Shown in pieces: positions 1 to 13,469 of a stretch of DNA of 64,000 nt. Origin of the DNA: Macrostomum lignano. Lineage: Eukaryota. Under the pieces are notes generated by a model, which was given only the letters and a program-made list of their open reading frames with translations, was not told where the DNA came from and did no database searches. The translations under genes and the position numbers were made by a program. Positions within the stretch are counted from its first letter, which is position 1, and every line of letters begins with the position of its first letter. Where the stretch lies: assembly GCA_002269645.1 (NCBI GenBank), contig NIVC01002711.1:32295-96294 (forward strand), given 5' to 3'.

Positions 1-114
1 TACTGGCAGCACGAGAAACATTCAGAAAAATTATGAGCAGTAACAAATTAAACCCTTCTAGACAGAGCCCCAGATCAACAAATAAATGTTGCAGTGCGTG
101 TGAGCGTATGTGTG

Positions 115-301
115 TGCTCCTGGGAAGGGTAATATGCTCCTGGGAAAGGTAATATGCTCCTGGGAAGGGTAATATGCTCCTGGGAAGGGTAATATGCTCC
201 TGGGAAGGGTAATATGCTCCTGGGAAGGGTAATATGCTCCTGGGAAGGGTAATATGCTCCTGGGAAGGGTAATATGCTCCTGGGAAGGGTAATATGCTCC
301 T
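115..301. repeat. 20-bp minisatellite (TGCTCCTGGGAAGGGTAATA), ~9 copies
   Basis: Near-perfect 20-bp period read directly from the sequence. Confidence 0.95.
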
Positions 302-943
302 GTGTGTGTTCAGGGACAACCGAATAGGCATGACTGCTTGCCACCTTGCTGGCTATGATGCTAACTCAACAACAACAGGGCTTGAAACTGGATGACAAAG
401 CAGCATGGAGAGACACTGGATGATGCTGAACCAAACACAAAGTCTTGATCCACTTCTGCGCGAAGCAATCTACACACAACCTACACACGCTTAGTACAAA
501 ATAGTTGGTGTGCCTATTTAAAAAAATAGACAAAACGCCATACGACGTGCTCATGTTTGCATTGTCAGCAGCAGAGCTGAGTCAAATGCAGAGTCAAGAA
601 TCTTACTTTATTTAAGGAAGTTTTAAGCCGTCCATTCTATAATAGCTAGCTACATTTTTTCTAACTATTAACAACAGCCGTCTTTCTGTCAGCCATTGTG
701 CAAAACCATATGCGCTGCTCCTTTGAGTGTAGAAGAGCCTCTTTTTTAAGCTTCATGTTTCTCTCACCGCGTCATTGTAAAACTCGCACCTGCGACTTAT
801 GAAGAACTTAATCATTAGACGGTTTGGGACCTCTTATTACGGAAGCTGATTCGTGTGAACTGCCTTTTGTAGCTAATTGACAGTCTATTTTATGTTCGAC
901 TCTAAATGCACCTTAGCCATTTAATATATATGATTTGTTCCAG

Positions 944-1210
944 TTTGAGCACATCAAATTTCTCATTGTCATTCCGAGTTCATTTCTACGCAAAACTGGC
1001 GTCCAATTTTGATGGTATCGCGTCGAGATTGGCCACTCTTCTGCTGCTCGGAGGGCCCGGTCTGGGCTCCTATGGAGACCGGTATTTGCACCTGACCGTT
1101 GATCGCTTTTCCGGACACCTGTCGGTAGAGTTCAGCGACGGTCAGGTGGTCCAGTCGAGGCGTCAGCTCTACCAGTTCGATACCGGATGGCACTCGGTTT
1201 CCATTAGCAA
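944..1210 (+). CDS. Internal exon of a laminin-G domain protein
   Basis: Acceptor ttgttccag| at 943 and donor |gtaaat at 1211; 267 nt, phase 2-2. Translation FSLSFRV...LLLLGG...DRYLHLTVDRFSGHLSVEF...FDTGWHSVSI matches the LamG pattern. Confidence 0.7.
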
Positions 1211-1351
1211 GTAAATTTCAGATTGCCAATTGCAGCTTTCTGTGTACAGAGACAGCTAGTTGTATCAAGATTAGTTGGAGTTATAGACAAAATTAAACTC
1301 TAGGTCAGATCCCTTAACACATCAGTCACAATGGCACACGCGTCCACCTAT

Positions 1352-1898
1352 TGACCAAACAGCGTGCTCTCCTCCTCATGACCAAACAGTGTGCTCTCCT
1401 CCTCATGACCAAACAGTGTGCTCTCCTCCTCATGACCAAACAGTGTACTCTCCTCCTCATGACCAAACAGTGTGATCTCCTCCTCATGACCAAACAGTGT
1501 GATCTCCTCCTCATGACCAAACAGTGTGATCTCCTCCTCATGACCAAACAGTGTGATCTCCTTCTCATGACCAAACAGTGTGATCTCCTCCTCATGACCA
1601 AAACAGTGTGATCTCCTTCTCATGACCAAACAGTGTGATCTCCTCCTCATGACCAAACAGTGTGATCTCCTCCTCATGACCAAACAGTGTGATCTCCTCC
1701 TCATGACCAAACAGTGTGATCTCCTTCTCATGACCAAACAGTGTGATCTCCTCCTCATGACCAAACAGTGTGATCTCCTTCTCATGACCAAACAGTGTGA
1801 TCTCCTCCTCATGACCAAACAGTGTGATCTCCTCCTCATGACCAAACAGTGTGATCTCCTCCTCATGACCAAACAGTGTGCTCTCCTCCTCATGACCA
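1352..1898. repeat. 27-bp minisatellite (TGACCAAACAGTGTGATCTCCTCCTCA), ~20 copies
   Basis: Direct periodicity; explains the repetitive ORFs in the track. Confidence 0.95.
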
Positions 1899-4453
1899 GT
1901 GTGCCCTCCACCTCTTGACAGAAAATGGTACTCTTTCGCATTAGGAAGAACGCTCCTAATCTTCAAAAACAGTTTTGAAAAAGTTAACTAGTTTATTAAG
2001 CCTCGGGAATTCTCGAACAGCCAGCCTACCGTCCAATGTAGATGCAGGACGGCTATAGAAAAAAACGAAAATAGGAACCCATATTGCAAGTGGGGAAACT
2101 CTTCACAGAATGCTACAATTTAAGACTAACTCACTGTAACCAACGCCAACTCGCCCAATCTAAAGAATGCCAAGCTCCTACATTCTGTATGTTGACGGGC
2201 TGCCAAAGGATACAATTGTTGAGCAGGAGGCTGCCTCAGATGAGGAGCAATTCTCTCAACTACTCATCGGTAGGTGCAAAGGATGCAAGTTATAGATTTA
2301 CACTCGCAACTGTATATTGCGGGTCGAAGCGCGTTAAATTTAGAGACGTCTCACAACTGGCATGCAGAACCGTTCCTGTTTAAATATCTTTGCCTGTGTT
2401 TTTTCACTTGAGTTTTTACTGGCTATATTATTGCAATCATCAAGTATATTTACCCATGGATTCACCCAACCCATGACTTTAAAAAATGGCTTTAGAGATC
2501 TCGAATATTGTCAGAAGTTATCAGAAGTCTTATTCCACCTGTTGATTTTGATATATTACATCACCTGATCAGTAACACATGCATATCCATGCATTTAATT
2601 TCATTTTTAATATGCATAACCACATATCCCAGTTAGCTATTGGGTTTTGAACCGCAACAGCTAAATAATATTAATCCATGCATGTATAATGCTGCTATTT
2701 TTAACCGACACTGTGTTCTACAATTTTAATTTTGCCTTTCTGCCAAGATAGATGTGCATGTGTATGAGTGTATGATTGACAAGCCTCCCAATCAGTTAAA
2801 GTGAAGGAAAAGAACTGCGATAACAATCGTTTTCTAAATTTTTTCCACGTCTAAGCTAGAGGAAATATCGTCACTCCTAGAACGCTCCCTCTGGGGTCTA
2901 TGCTATAGAATACTCTTAACTCCTAAATCCTTAAAAGTGTCCTAGCTCCTAGCTCCTAGGTGGCTGAACTCCTGAAATCTATAGCACACAAAATTCAATC
3001 ACTCCTTGTCAAGAGTACTCTTGAGTCCTAGCTCCCAACTCCTAACTACTGATTCTATAGCACGGGCCCCAGAGTCGTTTTTTCGTAACCGACATTTGTT
3101 TAGATGTCGGTTACGCAACCACGTTCTCTACTTGATGTTTTCCAATATTGATCACTTAAGCGGTCTGACAGCAAACGCCTTGAGTACTCATCACTAAGCT
3201 GAGTCATAGGGACGGCTATTAAATGCATGTATAAGCTCCTCTTCTCTGCTGAAAGTGAAAATCGATTTGGAAAAGAGCTTACTGACTTAACTAACTATGC
3301 GTGTTCGAACGAATGCTCTACCTCAGTCGCGTGTGTGGATTTCAGTTACACGAATTTCAGCAATGGAAGTCTGAATTGTACTGATGTTAAATAGTCTAAG
3401 ATAGTTTTAATAATCTAATGAGACTCCAGCATATAGTATAGTACAGCAAGAAAGTTGTTTCTAAAAATAGAACAGCCTACTGTACCACTGATCCATGATC
3501 TTCAAAATGTGCACTCAATGTCTGTCGCCATTCAGGGCTCCCCTGTGCTCAACTTGATTGGTAAATAAATGCGTCTATGGTCAATTTTGGCTGATGAAAG
3601 TTAAAAATAATCACCCGTGGAATTTCACTCGCTGCAGAACTGTTGGGAATCCAAAGATGCATCTTCAAAACAAATCAAATCCTATGGGGGATAATTTTTA
3701 ACTTTCATCAGTCAATAGTTTCCTACGGGGGTAAATTTCAAGTTTCAGATGAGCAATCCATGTTATTCCTTCATCCTTCTTAGATTTTCTAAGAAGTAAG
3801 TTGTAGGCCGTAAGGAACGTCATATATCTGTCCTATTGCTAGTACATTTAAAGTAGCTAGTTGCCGTTGACATAATAAGCAACCCAGCACGATTGAGCGT
3901 GCAGAATTCTGTCAATCCTGCATGCAGAGTCAAACGAGAATGCAGCTCCAGAAATCGGATTTTTCTAGCGCGGGTTTTTGCACGACCGAGTTGGTCTTAA
4001 TTTGTCGAAACCCCATTCAGTGCTACATGTATGCATTCTCGAGATCCATACTTGCTGCACCCCCAGCGATATGCGTTCCTTACTGGCCTCTAGCTAAAAT
4101 TTATAAGAAAATTGAGTCCTTTTGCTCGTACTGCAGTTGCCATACTTTAATACGACATGAAGCCCTGCAGCCCGCATAGCAAAATTAAGTATCCAATAGA
4201 AAGTGGGACGTCTCTGATACGTAACTTTTTTGGTTGCAGGAACGTCCTTGATACGTATCCAATTTTTATGATCCTCTAAAGAAGCTCGTTTCTACAAAAA
4301 TGGTGAACAGATGATGCTTGTAATTTTATTAATTATTTATTCCACCATTTTTTCCAGTCATTAAGCATTCAAACTTATTTATATGTATGCATACTCGTTC
4401 CGTAGTTTAGTAGTTAGTAAAGCCTCAAAAAAATAATTTTTCAAAACGCACAG

Positions 4454-4641
4454 GCGGCCAGAACGCGGACACGCTGCTGATGCAGGGCGGATTCGTGGGT
4501 GAAGAAACCGGAGTGGACGCTTGCATTGTCGACGCCAGGCTCGCTGTGAAAGGCTTCGGCGGCGCAGCGACGCTGCTGACGGCGGACTCGGCCGACGATG
4601 GACGCGACGTTGAGCAGTGCTCAGCAGAGACTGGGCGATGA
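4454..4641 (+). CDS. Probable terminal exon completing the laminin-G domain
   Basis: GC-rich island after a cacag| acceptor (phase 1). Reads GGQNADTLLMQGGFVGEETGVDACIVDARLAVKGF...DVEQCSAETGR*, resembling the LamG C-terminal GG..GC.....C pattern. Not in the ORF track. Confidence 0.55.
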
Positions 4642-7607
4642 GAGCTTCATTTTTAGGATTCTTATTTCCATCTATGCATACATAGCTCTAATAATGACTT
4701 GCACTGTCTAATTATGTATTAATATTTTTTCTGGCAACTAATATACTGTAGTTGTTTCATACACTGTGAGATATTTGTTTTAGTTTGAGTGATTTAACGC
4801 GGTTTCCAGCTGTGTCAATCGCGTTGTCGCAAAAATTTATGAGCTTATAATAAGGAAAACGTTTTAAGGTAGCTAAGTAAATAAATAAACGTAAATATGC
4901 TGATAATCAAAATATAAAATAATTTTTTAAATAATAAAATTTTCAATAAAAACTATCAAGCCATTAACGATACATGTACTCGTACATGTATAAACAAATT
5001 AAAAGCATCGTGCTGAGTATTTTTTGGTTTTTGGCTATACTCATGGTGATATGCAATGTGTTGTTACTAAAAGTTGCTCATTTTTATTTATATATTCTGC
5101 GTGGAGCACTTACGTACATTTAATTAGCTACATGTAAGAATGATAGTAGTATATTTAATCACTCTACCACTGTCTTTCAGGTTTGTCGAAGTATTCTCTA
5201 AGTAATGATATTCGATGTACAATTTATTTTTTCAAATTTGAAAAACTTGCATTACCATTTAAACCTCTTAAAAACAGTAACGCAGCTAAATAAACACAAA
5301 ATCAGACACATTTAGTTTCCGTATACTGTATACTATTTTGTAAATTTATTGCAATATTACGAGCGACCATATTATTAATTTTGTTTTCACTACTCTTTCA
5401 GTTTCGATGATATTCTTAATCAGCTTGAGTCTTGGTGTCGAAATTTTTCATAATTAATATACAGCTGTTACATGTACGAACTAATTACTCGCTCTGTTGT
5501 TATTTTAAACCACGAGATAATTTTTTATCAATGACTGAATTACTCTACTTATCCTGGAAAGTAGTTTGCGCACTCATTGTTGGCTGAATTTGCAATTCAG
5601 TTTTTCCATGCATGCGTGTAACTTCCTTAATTAGAGTGCGCATAAATAAATGTTAATTCTAATATAACTGCTATATAAAGACTAAAATATGCAAAATGCA
5701 AATGCAAATGCTAAATTCTACCTTCCTACTAATATAGCTATAGCTAGCAATACGTATTTGAAGTAAGCGTTCTCGTAAACGATGGCATACGCTTTAAAAA
5801 TTAATATTTTGAAACCCCATCACATGCATGCCTGATGATTAGAGAGTCAGGGCCGCTGTACATGTACAGCTTGTATTGAAGGTGCTCAGGGGTCAGCGGA
5901 ATGAGCAGAATTGCCTCACGGGCTGGTTGCGTTGCAAAATAGCAAAACCAAAAAAGCCACCAGCGAATATTTTTTCTATTGTCCATCCCGTGTGTAAATT
6001 AAGCTTTATGACGGCAGCCGCTAGCTGTCAATCAAAGAAAGCTATACTGATGATTTGCAAATAATAGGAACTATAATCAGATGCGTTGCACTTGACGATT
6101 GTTACCGTGCATGATTAAATCGGAGAATGTTTTATCTAAGCCAATAACGCGAAATAGAAAATTGCTTCTATGAGTGTGTGCCCCTAAATATTCATTCGGT
6201 AGACAATTAGTCGGAGTTAGAGTTACGTATATTTGCTTAGCTAGACTTGCATTTAATCAAACTGATAGCAACTTAACAAACTCTACACTGCACTATGAAG
6301 CTTAAGTCAATGCTTTCTGCGTACCTTGGATCGCATGGGCAGAAACTTTGACAACTGGTATATGGCTACATAGTCAGTTTTATTGGGCATGGTTTATTAA
6401 TTTTGGGCAAATAGCAACTAGCTCAGTAAATCAGGTAATACGAGGTAGATCTCGTATTTGTCCCGAGCAATGCAAACAAATTTCTGACAGAAGCTAGAAC
6501 TACTCTCAAAAAATTATGATCCTGATGCATGATATTAGACGATATGCTAGTGGTATATTGACGTTTGTTAAAATTATGCGAAAGATTTAACGACAAGAAA
6601 AATGTTTAACGTAAAACGAAGTGAATTAGCTAGTTGTCGAAAATCTATAGAGATAGACGATTGTATGGCGCTATCGAATCCCAAAGATTACCAACCAAAG
6701 TTACTATTAAGCAACATTCCGACGTCCGCTGACGAACCCATTGTTCGACGACGCCGACGTGCAAATGCTGTGCGGGTGAGACGTCTTCAGAAAGCTTTCT
6801 GATGTTGAAGGGACGTCCCTGAGACGAATGCACTCATTTTGTGATCAGATATTTAGAAACATAGAGAATCAATAATGCTTTGAGGCTATTTTATCTGTAC
6901 GTTTGATCTTATAATGGAATCGATTCGTCTTTGTGACGTCCCTGCAACCTCAAAAATACTTACTGAAGACTTCTATCTCTAGTAGCAACACACTTCGTTG
7001 CGCCAAGATCGCAGTTTGTAACGCGGTAGTTACGACCAGTTTTGGATGGATAATAAACGTAACGCGTAAGTGTTGTCATGCGACATTCAGTTCAACTATC
7101 GATTAGATACAAATATTTGTTTTCGGAATCGGTATACAGTACAGTGATTGGCAAAGGTTAGAGACAAACATTTAGAATCCATAGAGAATCCGCAGTTAGT
7201 ATAAAATATTGTAATGAGTTAAAACATTTGTTTCTATTCATCAAGTTTAAAACAAAAGACAAAGAATCTCAGACACTGAAGCCACAACGTTCTAGATGAA
7301 ACCGAGTGCCTTATCCTAATTTTATAGCTGTCCTTGGATTGATGTCAATATTATTTGTAAAATTCAAGCTCCATGGAAAAATATTTTTTGCTATGAAGTA
7401 TTTCTACCCAATAAAAAAGGGAGGAGTCTATACCATACCCTGTGCAAAAACAGTCTATTAATACACTAATGAGACCTCTGTAATGACAGACAAGGGGAAC
7501 GTCCTTCTATCTTAGTCGTCTATAAACAAGCTCGGAGTATCAGCGCTCAGATACGTCATAGTTTCAAGATTTCTCGAAATGTTTGACACGTCAAGCACAA
7601 TAAAGCA

Positions 7608-9751
7608 TCAAATTTCTTCTGTAGACTCGAGTTCGCAGACTTCTGTCTGTCCGCATGGCGGCCAAACCGAGTCGATAGTGTAATTATTGAACGCGATGAG
7701 CTTGCTGTCCGGACTTAAAGGCTTGCACACAGTCAAAGTGAGCTTTTTCCGTCCGAACAGCGCAGTTCTCAGTCGGAAGAGCACGACAAAGGTTCGCTCG
7801 AAGTACTCCGCAACAGTAAGCATTAGCCAGTAGCGGTGCTCAACACTGTTCTCCGTGACTCGATTCACCACTGAAGATAAAATTCCGACAACAAAGTTGA
7901 TAAACAATACAGGTACCGCAAGAATGTAGGCCATATGCAGCAGGCTCAGGTCAGCTCTGTCTTCGCCCGGCCTGAATACCGTCGGATCAATGATGTTCAG
8001 TGACACCAAGAAGGTGGTGTAATAAGCTCTGAAGAATGTGTTGCTGCTGTCCGAAGAATTACTACTGGCAGCAGCTTGCGCCGCGGCGAACGTCGAACTA
8101 GCTTGAAACAATCGCGTGAAAATAGCCGTCAGTATGATGTAGACAAGTGAGAATAATGTGAAAGTGCCAATGCTGTTGTAGAAGCTAGTTGTGATAGTTG
8201 TTATCGGCCAACACATTTGCAAGTAGCAGAGAATGAAAGCTAGACTGGAGAGTACCAGCAAAATGGTGCAGCATCCACTTGTTGCATAGATCATGGTGCC
8301 AAACATATTGCAGCTTGTAGTTGTATTTAGATGAAGCCAGTACAAAAAACACGAGACTGGCAGCGCCAAAATTAATGGGGCCAACCAGGAAATTAGATCC
8401 GAGTAGCTTCTTCTTGGCCAAGCGGGATAGCCGAGCTTGTACCTAAATAAACAGAAGTTTGCATCACGCATCAGTTTGCTTGCAGGAGCTGGCTTCGGGC
8501 ACTGCAGCAAATCGAAAAAGTGACAGTAAACCGGCAGCCAGCGAGGAGCAAGCCGTTATGCTAATTTTGCTAACCCTTGAGCAGCATAAAAATACATGCA
8601 CAGGCACGAGAGGCAGATGCCATAACTGCTGAGGTAATCTGCCCCGAAAATGTAATATGTGAGTAATGATATCTCTATTATCATGCTTACCTCCAGATCT
8701 CCTTTCGAGCTAGGCCCAAAGCTGTGCTCACTAGACAAAAAAGCGAGAAAGTAATCCAGCAGATTAAAGTGCTAAGTAGTCCGTAAGGCGTCGATGCTAC
8801 CTCATTTGTCGATTTGCTGCACTTTATCCTCAGGTATTTGTTAGACTCTACACCGAAGAATCCGACTGTGCAGATGCACAAGGCCGTAACCAAAAGTTGC
8901 ACGATCAGGCTAGCAATGTAGGATCGACTGTAGAGTTCCTCTACCCACTGTCGCCAGATGAAGCCCTGACGGAAGATTCCCATCTCCCGAATCTCGTCCA
9001 ACGAACTTGCACTGTACACATCCAGCAGTACAATGATTGGACAAACAAAGAATTCTTTGTGTTCGCCGGTAAAGTTCGTCAGGTCCAAAACGATGTGCTC
9101 ATTGATGCCCACTGCGTCGGCTTGTGCAATCCTGTTTGGCGAATAACAGTACAAAATGTACTCCATGTACTTGGCCAGACCGATGTACACCCCCCAGCTG
9201 ATTGGGCACATGCCGTGCTGACAGCGCTTGTCGAACATGAACTCCTGCTCGTCTCTGGTGAATAGTTGGTGATGGAACAGGACCAGCAGACTCCAGACAT
9301 CAGGCGTACCATCTTTGATATTTTGGTTTTTCAGCATGAACTGCATGGCGCTCATCAGCATATGGTAGGCATTGAATTTTTGCTCAGTTAGCTTAGAGAA
9401 GTCTACAGCAGACTCTTTCATGAGGAGCAGGCATTTCTTGGCGTTGTAGAACATGGCTACAAAAAATGGATTCGATGCAAAATAATGTATCTGCCTGCTG
9501 CCGCGGGTCGACTTGGAGAAGCGGGGTTCGCAGAGTTTCCACGCTCCGCCAAGATCCTGGCTCTGCAGAAATTTGGTCCAGTCAATTCGCTTAGAAAACG
9601 ACCTCAGCTTATCGGAGTCGTCTTCGGCGAGGCATTTTATGAAGGCTAGCCATTCCCTTCGACTGGGCAGAAAGTCCACGATGTCGATGGGACATTCCGT
9701 CTGTGGATTGTCTCCGTCAGTAGGATCGATTGAATTGATATTGCAGCTCAT
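7608..9751 (-). CDS. TRPV-like (TRPV5/6-type) cation channel, ~631 aa, exons 9751-8691 and 8442-7608
   Basis: AG|GTAAGC donor at 8690 and tttag|G acceptor at 8443 join in frame (EIWR-YKLG). Degenerate ankyrin-like N-terminus, six hydrophobic segments with a pore loop, and post-S6 YWLMLTVAEYFER resembling the TRPV W...ER box. Confidence 0.75.
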
Positions 9752-10063
9752 CGCTTGAATAAAATATCACGAATTCTCTAAAGCGGAAATGCGTGAAAAG
9801 CTGGTCTTTAGTCAATTTCCATGATTGAGACTTATTAGATTTTAAGTAGTATCGAGTTTGTATCCCCTGCAGATAACGATTTTCATTGGCTCAAATCAAG
9901 CTGTATATTTTTCTGGTTTCTGCAGACTTCGACCAATGGCAAATGGCAAGAGCACACGATAAACGTATGAATGCCGGAGTCTTGACTTCCGGGCATATAC
10001 TTAATATGGGCATATCCGGGCATAAGGTAACCCACAGTTTATAAAACTTCAACTTCAACTTCA

Positions 10064-11145
10064 TGTAAGGTCACGTACATGCATGTAACTGCAAATACAT
10101 GTAGCCATCTAAAGAATGCAACCATGCGGTGATCAAATCGGGAGCTCGAGAATCGCCCGAAGATGAACTGTCCGCCAATATTTGCCCGCCGAGGTTTTCC
10201 TGCAACACATATTGAGCCATGCGGCAGATTTTAACTTCAGTGCCCACCCCCAATGCATATAGTAAGTCGCTCTTAATAAAGAGATTTTAGGGACCAAGTG
10301 ATGTGTTCCTTATTACCAGACTTTGTCTGTAATCAAGGAACAATCACTTCTAGCTTCTTTGCTAGGCAACCCGGTAATCAACTGAAGGTATTTAATTACC
10401 TTAAATCCGGATTAGACGTCTCTTCGTTAACTCCTTGTGTAGATCTCGTCAATCTTCTAGAAGTCTTGGATCTTCGTCTCTGGTCCTGGTTCTTCTTTTA
10501 CTTCCGATGAAGTCACTTCCGGCCGGTGTCTGCAGTCAGGACCAATCAGAGGCCTCGTATCAACAATGGGTACCCGGCGCCGAACTGCAGTTTCACTTAA
10601 GCCTTCTCCTTCTAGTAGTGCCTCACTGCACTCTAGGTATTGCTCCGGTAATCTCTAATAGATCCTCTAAGATCTAGTGGGTAGTCCTTCGGGCGACTAC
10701 AGCCAATGGAGTCTCAAATGGACTCAAGAGTCTCAACAGACTCTAACACTATAACAATAGCGAGTCGACTCAACAACAACTGGCGCAAATGAGAAAGGCT
10801 TATCGCAACAACTCGACCGAGTCTCGATTGACTTGGTGATCAGGAAGTCCTCCTAAGGCTTCCTCTTCGGAGCTTCTCCTATCGTCAAGAGTTGACTCCG
10901 GTTCCGCTTTGGGCCGCTTATATTTATAGACGGTTTCGCCAGCTAAAAATAGCAACATGACTCACGTGTTGCGCTAAAAATAGTAACATGACTCATCGCG
11001 TGGTTATAAATAGTAACATGACTCATGGTGCTGCCATCAATAGTAACATGATTCATTCTGATACTATAAATAGTAACATGATTCACTTTGTTACTATAAA
11101 TAGTAACATGTTTCATCCGCTAAAATAGTAACATGAATCATGCCT
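10064..11145 (-). mobile_element. LTR-like / TE-derived segment with a TATA box and ~30-bp repeat array
   Basis: Begins TGTAAGG; minus-strand TATAAATA at ~10921-10928; seven ~30-bp units (AATAGTAACATGACTCA) at 10947-11143. No TSD or second end found. Confidence 0.35.
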
Positions 11146-11763
11146 AAAGTTCAAGTGCGCATGCATGCACTAGCTTACTTATAGCAGTATTTTATGATTA
11201 ACTATTCTACTTTTTTGTGGGAGGTAGAACACTTTACACAAGCGACATAGCATCTGCTTACCGATGTACCCCTGTATAAAAATAAATAAAAACCTACCAG
11301 AAAAATAAGCATTTGATATGCAGTCACAATATACTAAATCTTTACTATCTAATTCTAAACGTTTTAATCGGGTAAATCTCTTGATTGACTTACTAAGCAT
11401 TCGGAACAAACCTCTGCGGGCAATCCTCATGGACCCAGCGAGGTAACTCTGCCCATTGGCCTTGGGGGCCTTGGGGGTTGGCCTTCATGGCTGTGTGAAA
11501 CGCCACAATCCGCCAACTAATTCTTCGTGCTAAATTATACTAGCGTAATTAATTCGGTTCGTCGAGCAAGAGCGCTGCAAGTCATCTCAACATATTTTTT
11601 TGAACAGAAATCAAGCCAACTTTCCTGTCCGACAACAGCGGAAAAGAGGTTTTAAACAAAACCTTTGTAAAGCTAAATGTGTCTGCATTGTATTTCAACG
11701 AAGAGCAAATAATGTGTCTCTAGTTTGCTCAAGCGTTTTTTTGTAGTTAGGAAAGTTAATTCG

Positions 11764-12534
11764 TTAAAACGGAAAAACGCATTCGCACAGACCGGCCGAC
11801 ACTTCATTCATTTCCATGCGTCCGTCACTTAGATTCGGATTGGCTGACCATCGCAAAATCACATTCTCGTCATTTCCCGTGTTGCTTGGCTCCGATTGAC
11901 TCCAAAGAGTTCTGGCCACCTCAAGATTGCAGGCAATCCAATGCCAGCCTTCGAGCGGCTCTGCACTGTCCTCAGTCTGGAAACCGCCGAGCCAGAACGA
12001 CTTGCCAAAACTGTACTTCGCATGAAGCATCTCAATATGGTGCATCTCGGTAGCGTCCACCACATCTGCCATGATGACCGGGCCGCTCTCCGACTCGCAC
12101 TTTTCTCTGCTTTGCTTCCAACTTCCTGAGTCGTTGAACAGCTTGTACTTCACTCCGCACAGGTCGTCTCCGTAGCCAGACGGACACAGCGCGCCCGCCT
12201 CGAGTCCCGGCTGCTGCTTCACAAACACCCGGCCTCTCCTGGAGCAGCCGCAGTTCCTCACCGACTTGCTGCACTTGTCGAACACGAACAGCTGGCACGG
12301 ACCGTCAGCCAGGCTGAACGCCTGACAGCGCCGGTCTCTGCTGCATAATGCGGAGCACTTCAGGGTAGAACTCGCATCTGGCTTGATGACAACAAACTCA
12401 CTTCTTAAGCACAGTAGTCCAAGTATTCGATGGTAAGCATTGGACGTTCTTGACAGACTGCTGCAGGTATGTAGCAACAAGGTGGTTAAAATAAACAAAT
12501 GACCAATTATATATGCGGCTTTCATGACAGGCAT
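11764..12534 (-). CDS. Secreted PAN/Apple + C-type lectin domain protein (paralogue A), intronless, 256 aa
   Basis: Signal peptide, CSALCSRDRRCQAF PAN motif, and CTLD motifs (FWLGG, WHW, EPSN, terminal C-E-C). Confidence 0.85.
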   Translation of the reverse strand: MPVMKAAYIIGHLFILTTLLLHTCSSLSRTSNAYHRILGLLCLRSEFVVIKPDASSTLKCSALCSRDRRCQAFSLADGPCQLFVFDKCSKSVRNCGCSRRGRVFVKQQPGLEAGALCPSGYGDDLCGVKYKLFNDSGSWKQSREKCESESGPVIMADVVDATEMHHIEMLHAKYSFGKSFWLGGFQTEDSAEPLEGWHWIACNLEVARTLWSQSEPSNTGNDENVILRWSANPNLSDGRMEMNEVSAGLCECVFPF

Positions 12535-13469
12535 TTTAGGCGAGACAGGTTATAAAACTTTGTTTTAGTTGCGCGTTCTTATAAATAGATTTTTTAAATC
12601 CACGATCGGCTTAGATTGTTGATCGCTTGAGAGAATGCTTTTACAGGCATTTTCAAATTGATTTCGAGTGTTTTTGCAGCGTCTAAAGGGAATTATGACT
12701 GGCGTCTCCTGAGTGGAAGCTTTTACGTGTCAGTGTCAACTTGGTCTCTAAAGTGGGTCGGTGAGCATAAGCTATCATGACCGTAGAATAAATTTTTAAC
12801 AGGCTTCCAATTTGGGTTAAAAGCAGGTAAGTACTCGTAGTGTATGAACTAATGCCTCTTCAACTTACAATAATTGCCAAAATGCAATCCTTCGACTGAT
12901 TTGGCTGATTGGAGCCTGGCGGAATGGGCGACGCTCGCCTCCCCGCTGTGTGTTCGGATAGCCCTGTAGCTAAGTCAAGTATAAGTCAAGCTGGTTGATT
13001 GAAAATATTGAGAGCTTAATTTTTTCAGAAAAAAATTTGTGTTTCTTTTATCCAGGGTTTAAGGGCATTAAAAAGAGGCTCACAACGCCAATAATTTACG
13101 CAGCTGATGTATAAGCTTCAATGAGAAAACGATATGTACAGGCTTATAGTGATCCCGCACGTAAGACGCATATCAATTACCAACTATCACTAGCACTGTC
13201 ATTTAAATTTTGACAGTCAAAGACCTGGAAGAGGGGCGCTAGGCGAACAAGGAGTTTAATTGAATTGTTTGGACCCTTGCAAGCAACCTCCTATTAGCTA
13301 TCGAAGACAATGATATGAATAATTTTATTTAAGTATCGCTCACTTGATAAATTAGTATCTTTTCAATAATTACTGTTTAAATTTTATATAACATCAATTC
13401 TGTTCAATTTTTCTATCTGTACAATCTTTTTATGATAATGATCAGTATTGATTAAATCAGTCCCAGATG

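Noticed and set aside
8556-8738. Hydrophobic ORF as an extra TRP exon
   Set aside because: It lies largely in the intron; direct splicing of 8691 to 8442 already gives a complete in-frame 6-TM protein.
11179-11430. LRR-like ORF (LKRLELDSKDLVYCDC)
   Set aside because: Single weak motif in AT-rich sequence, with no supporting exons.
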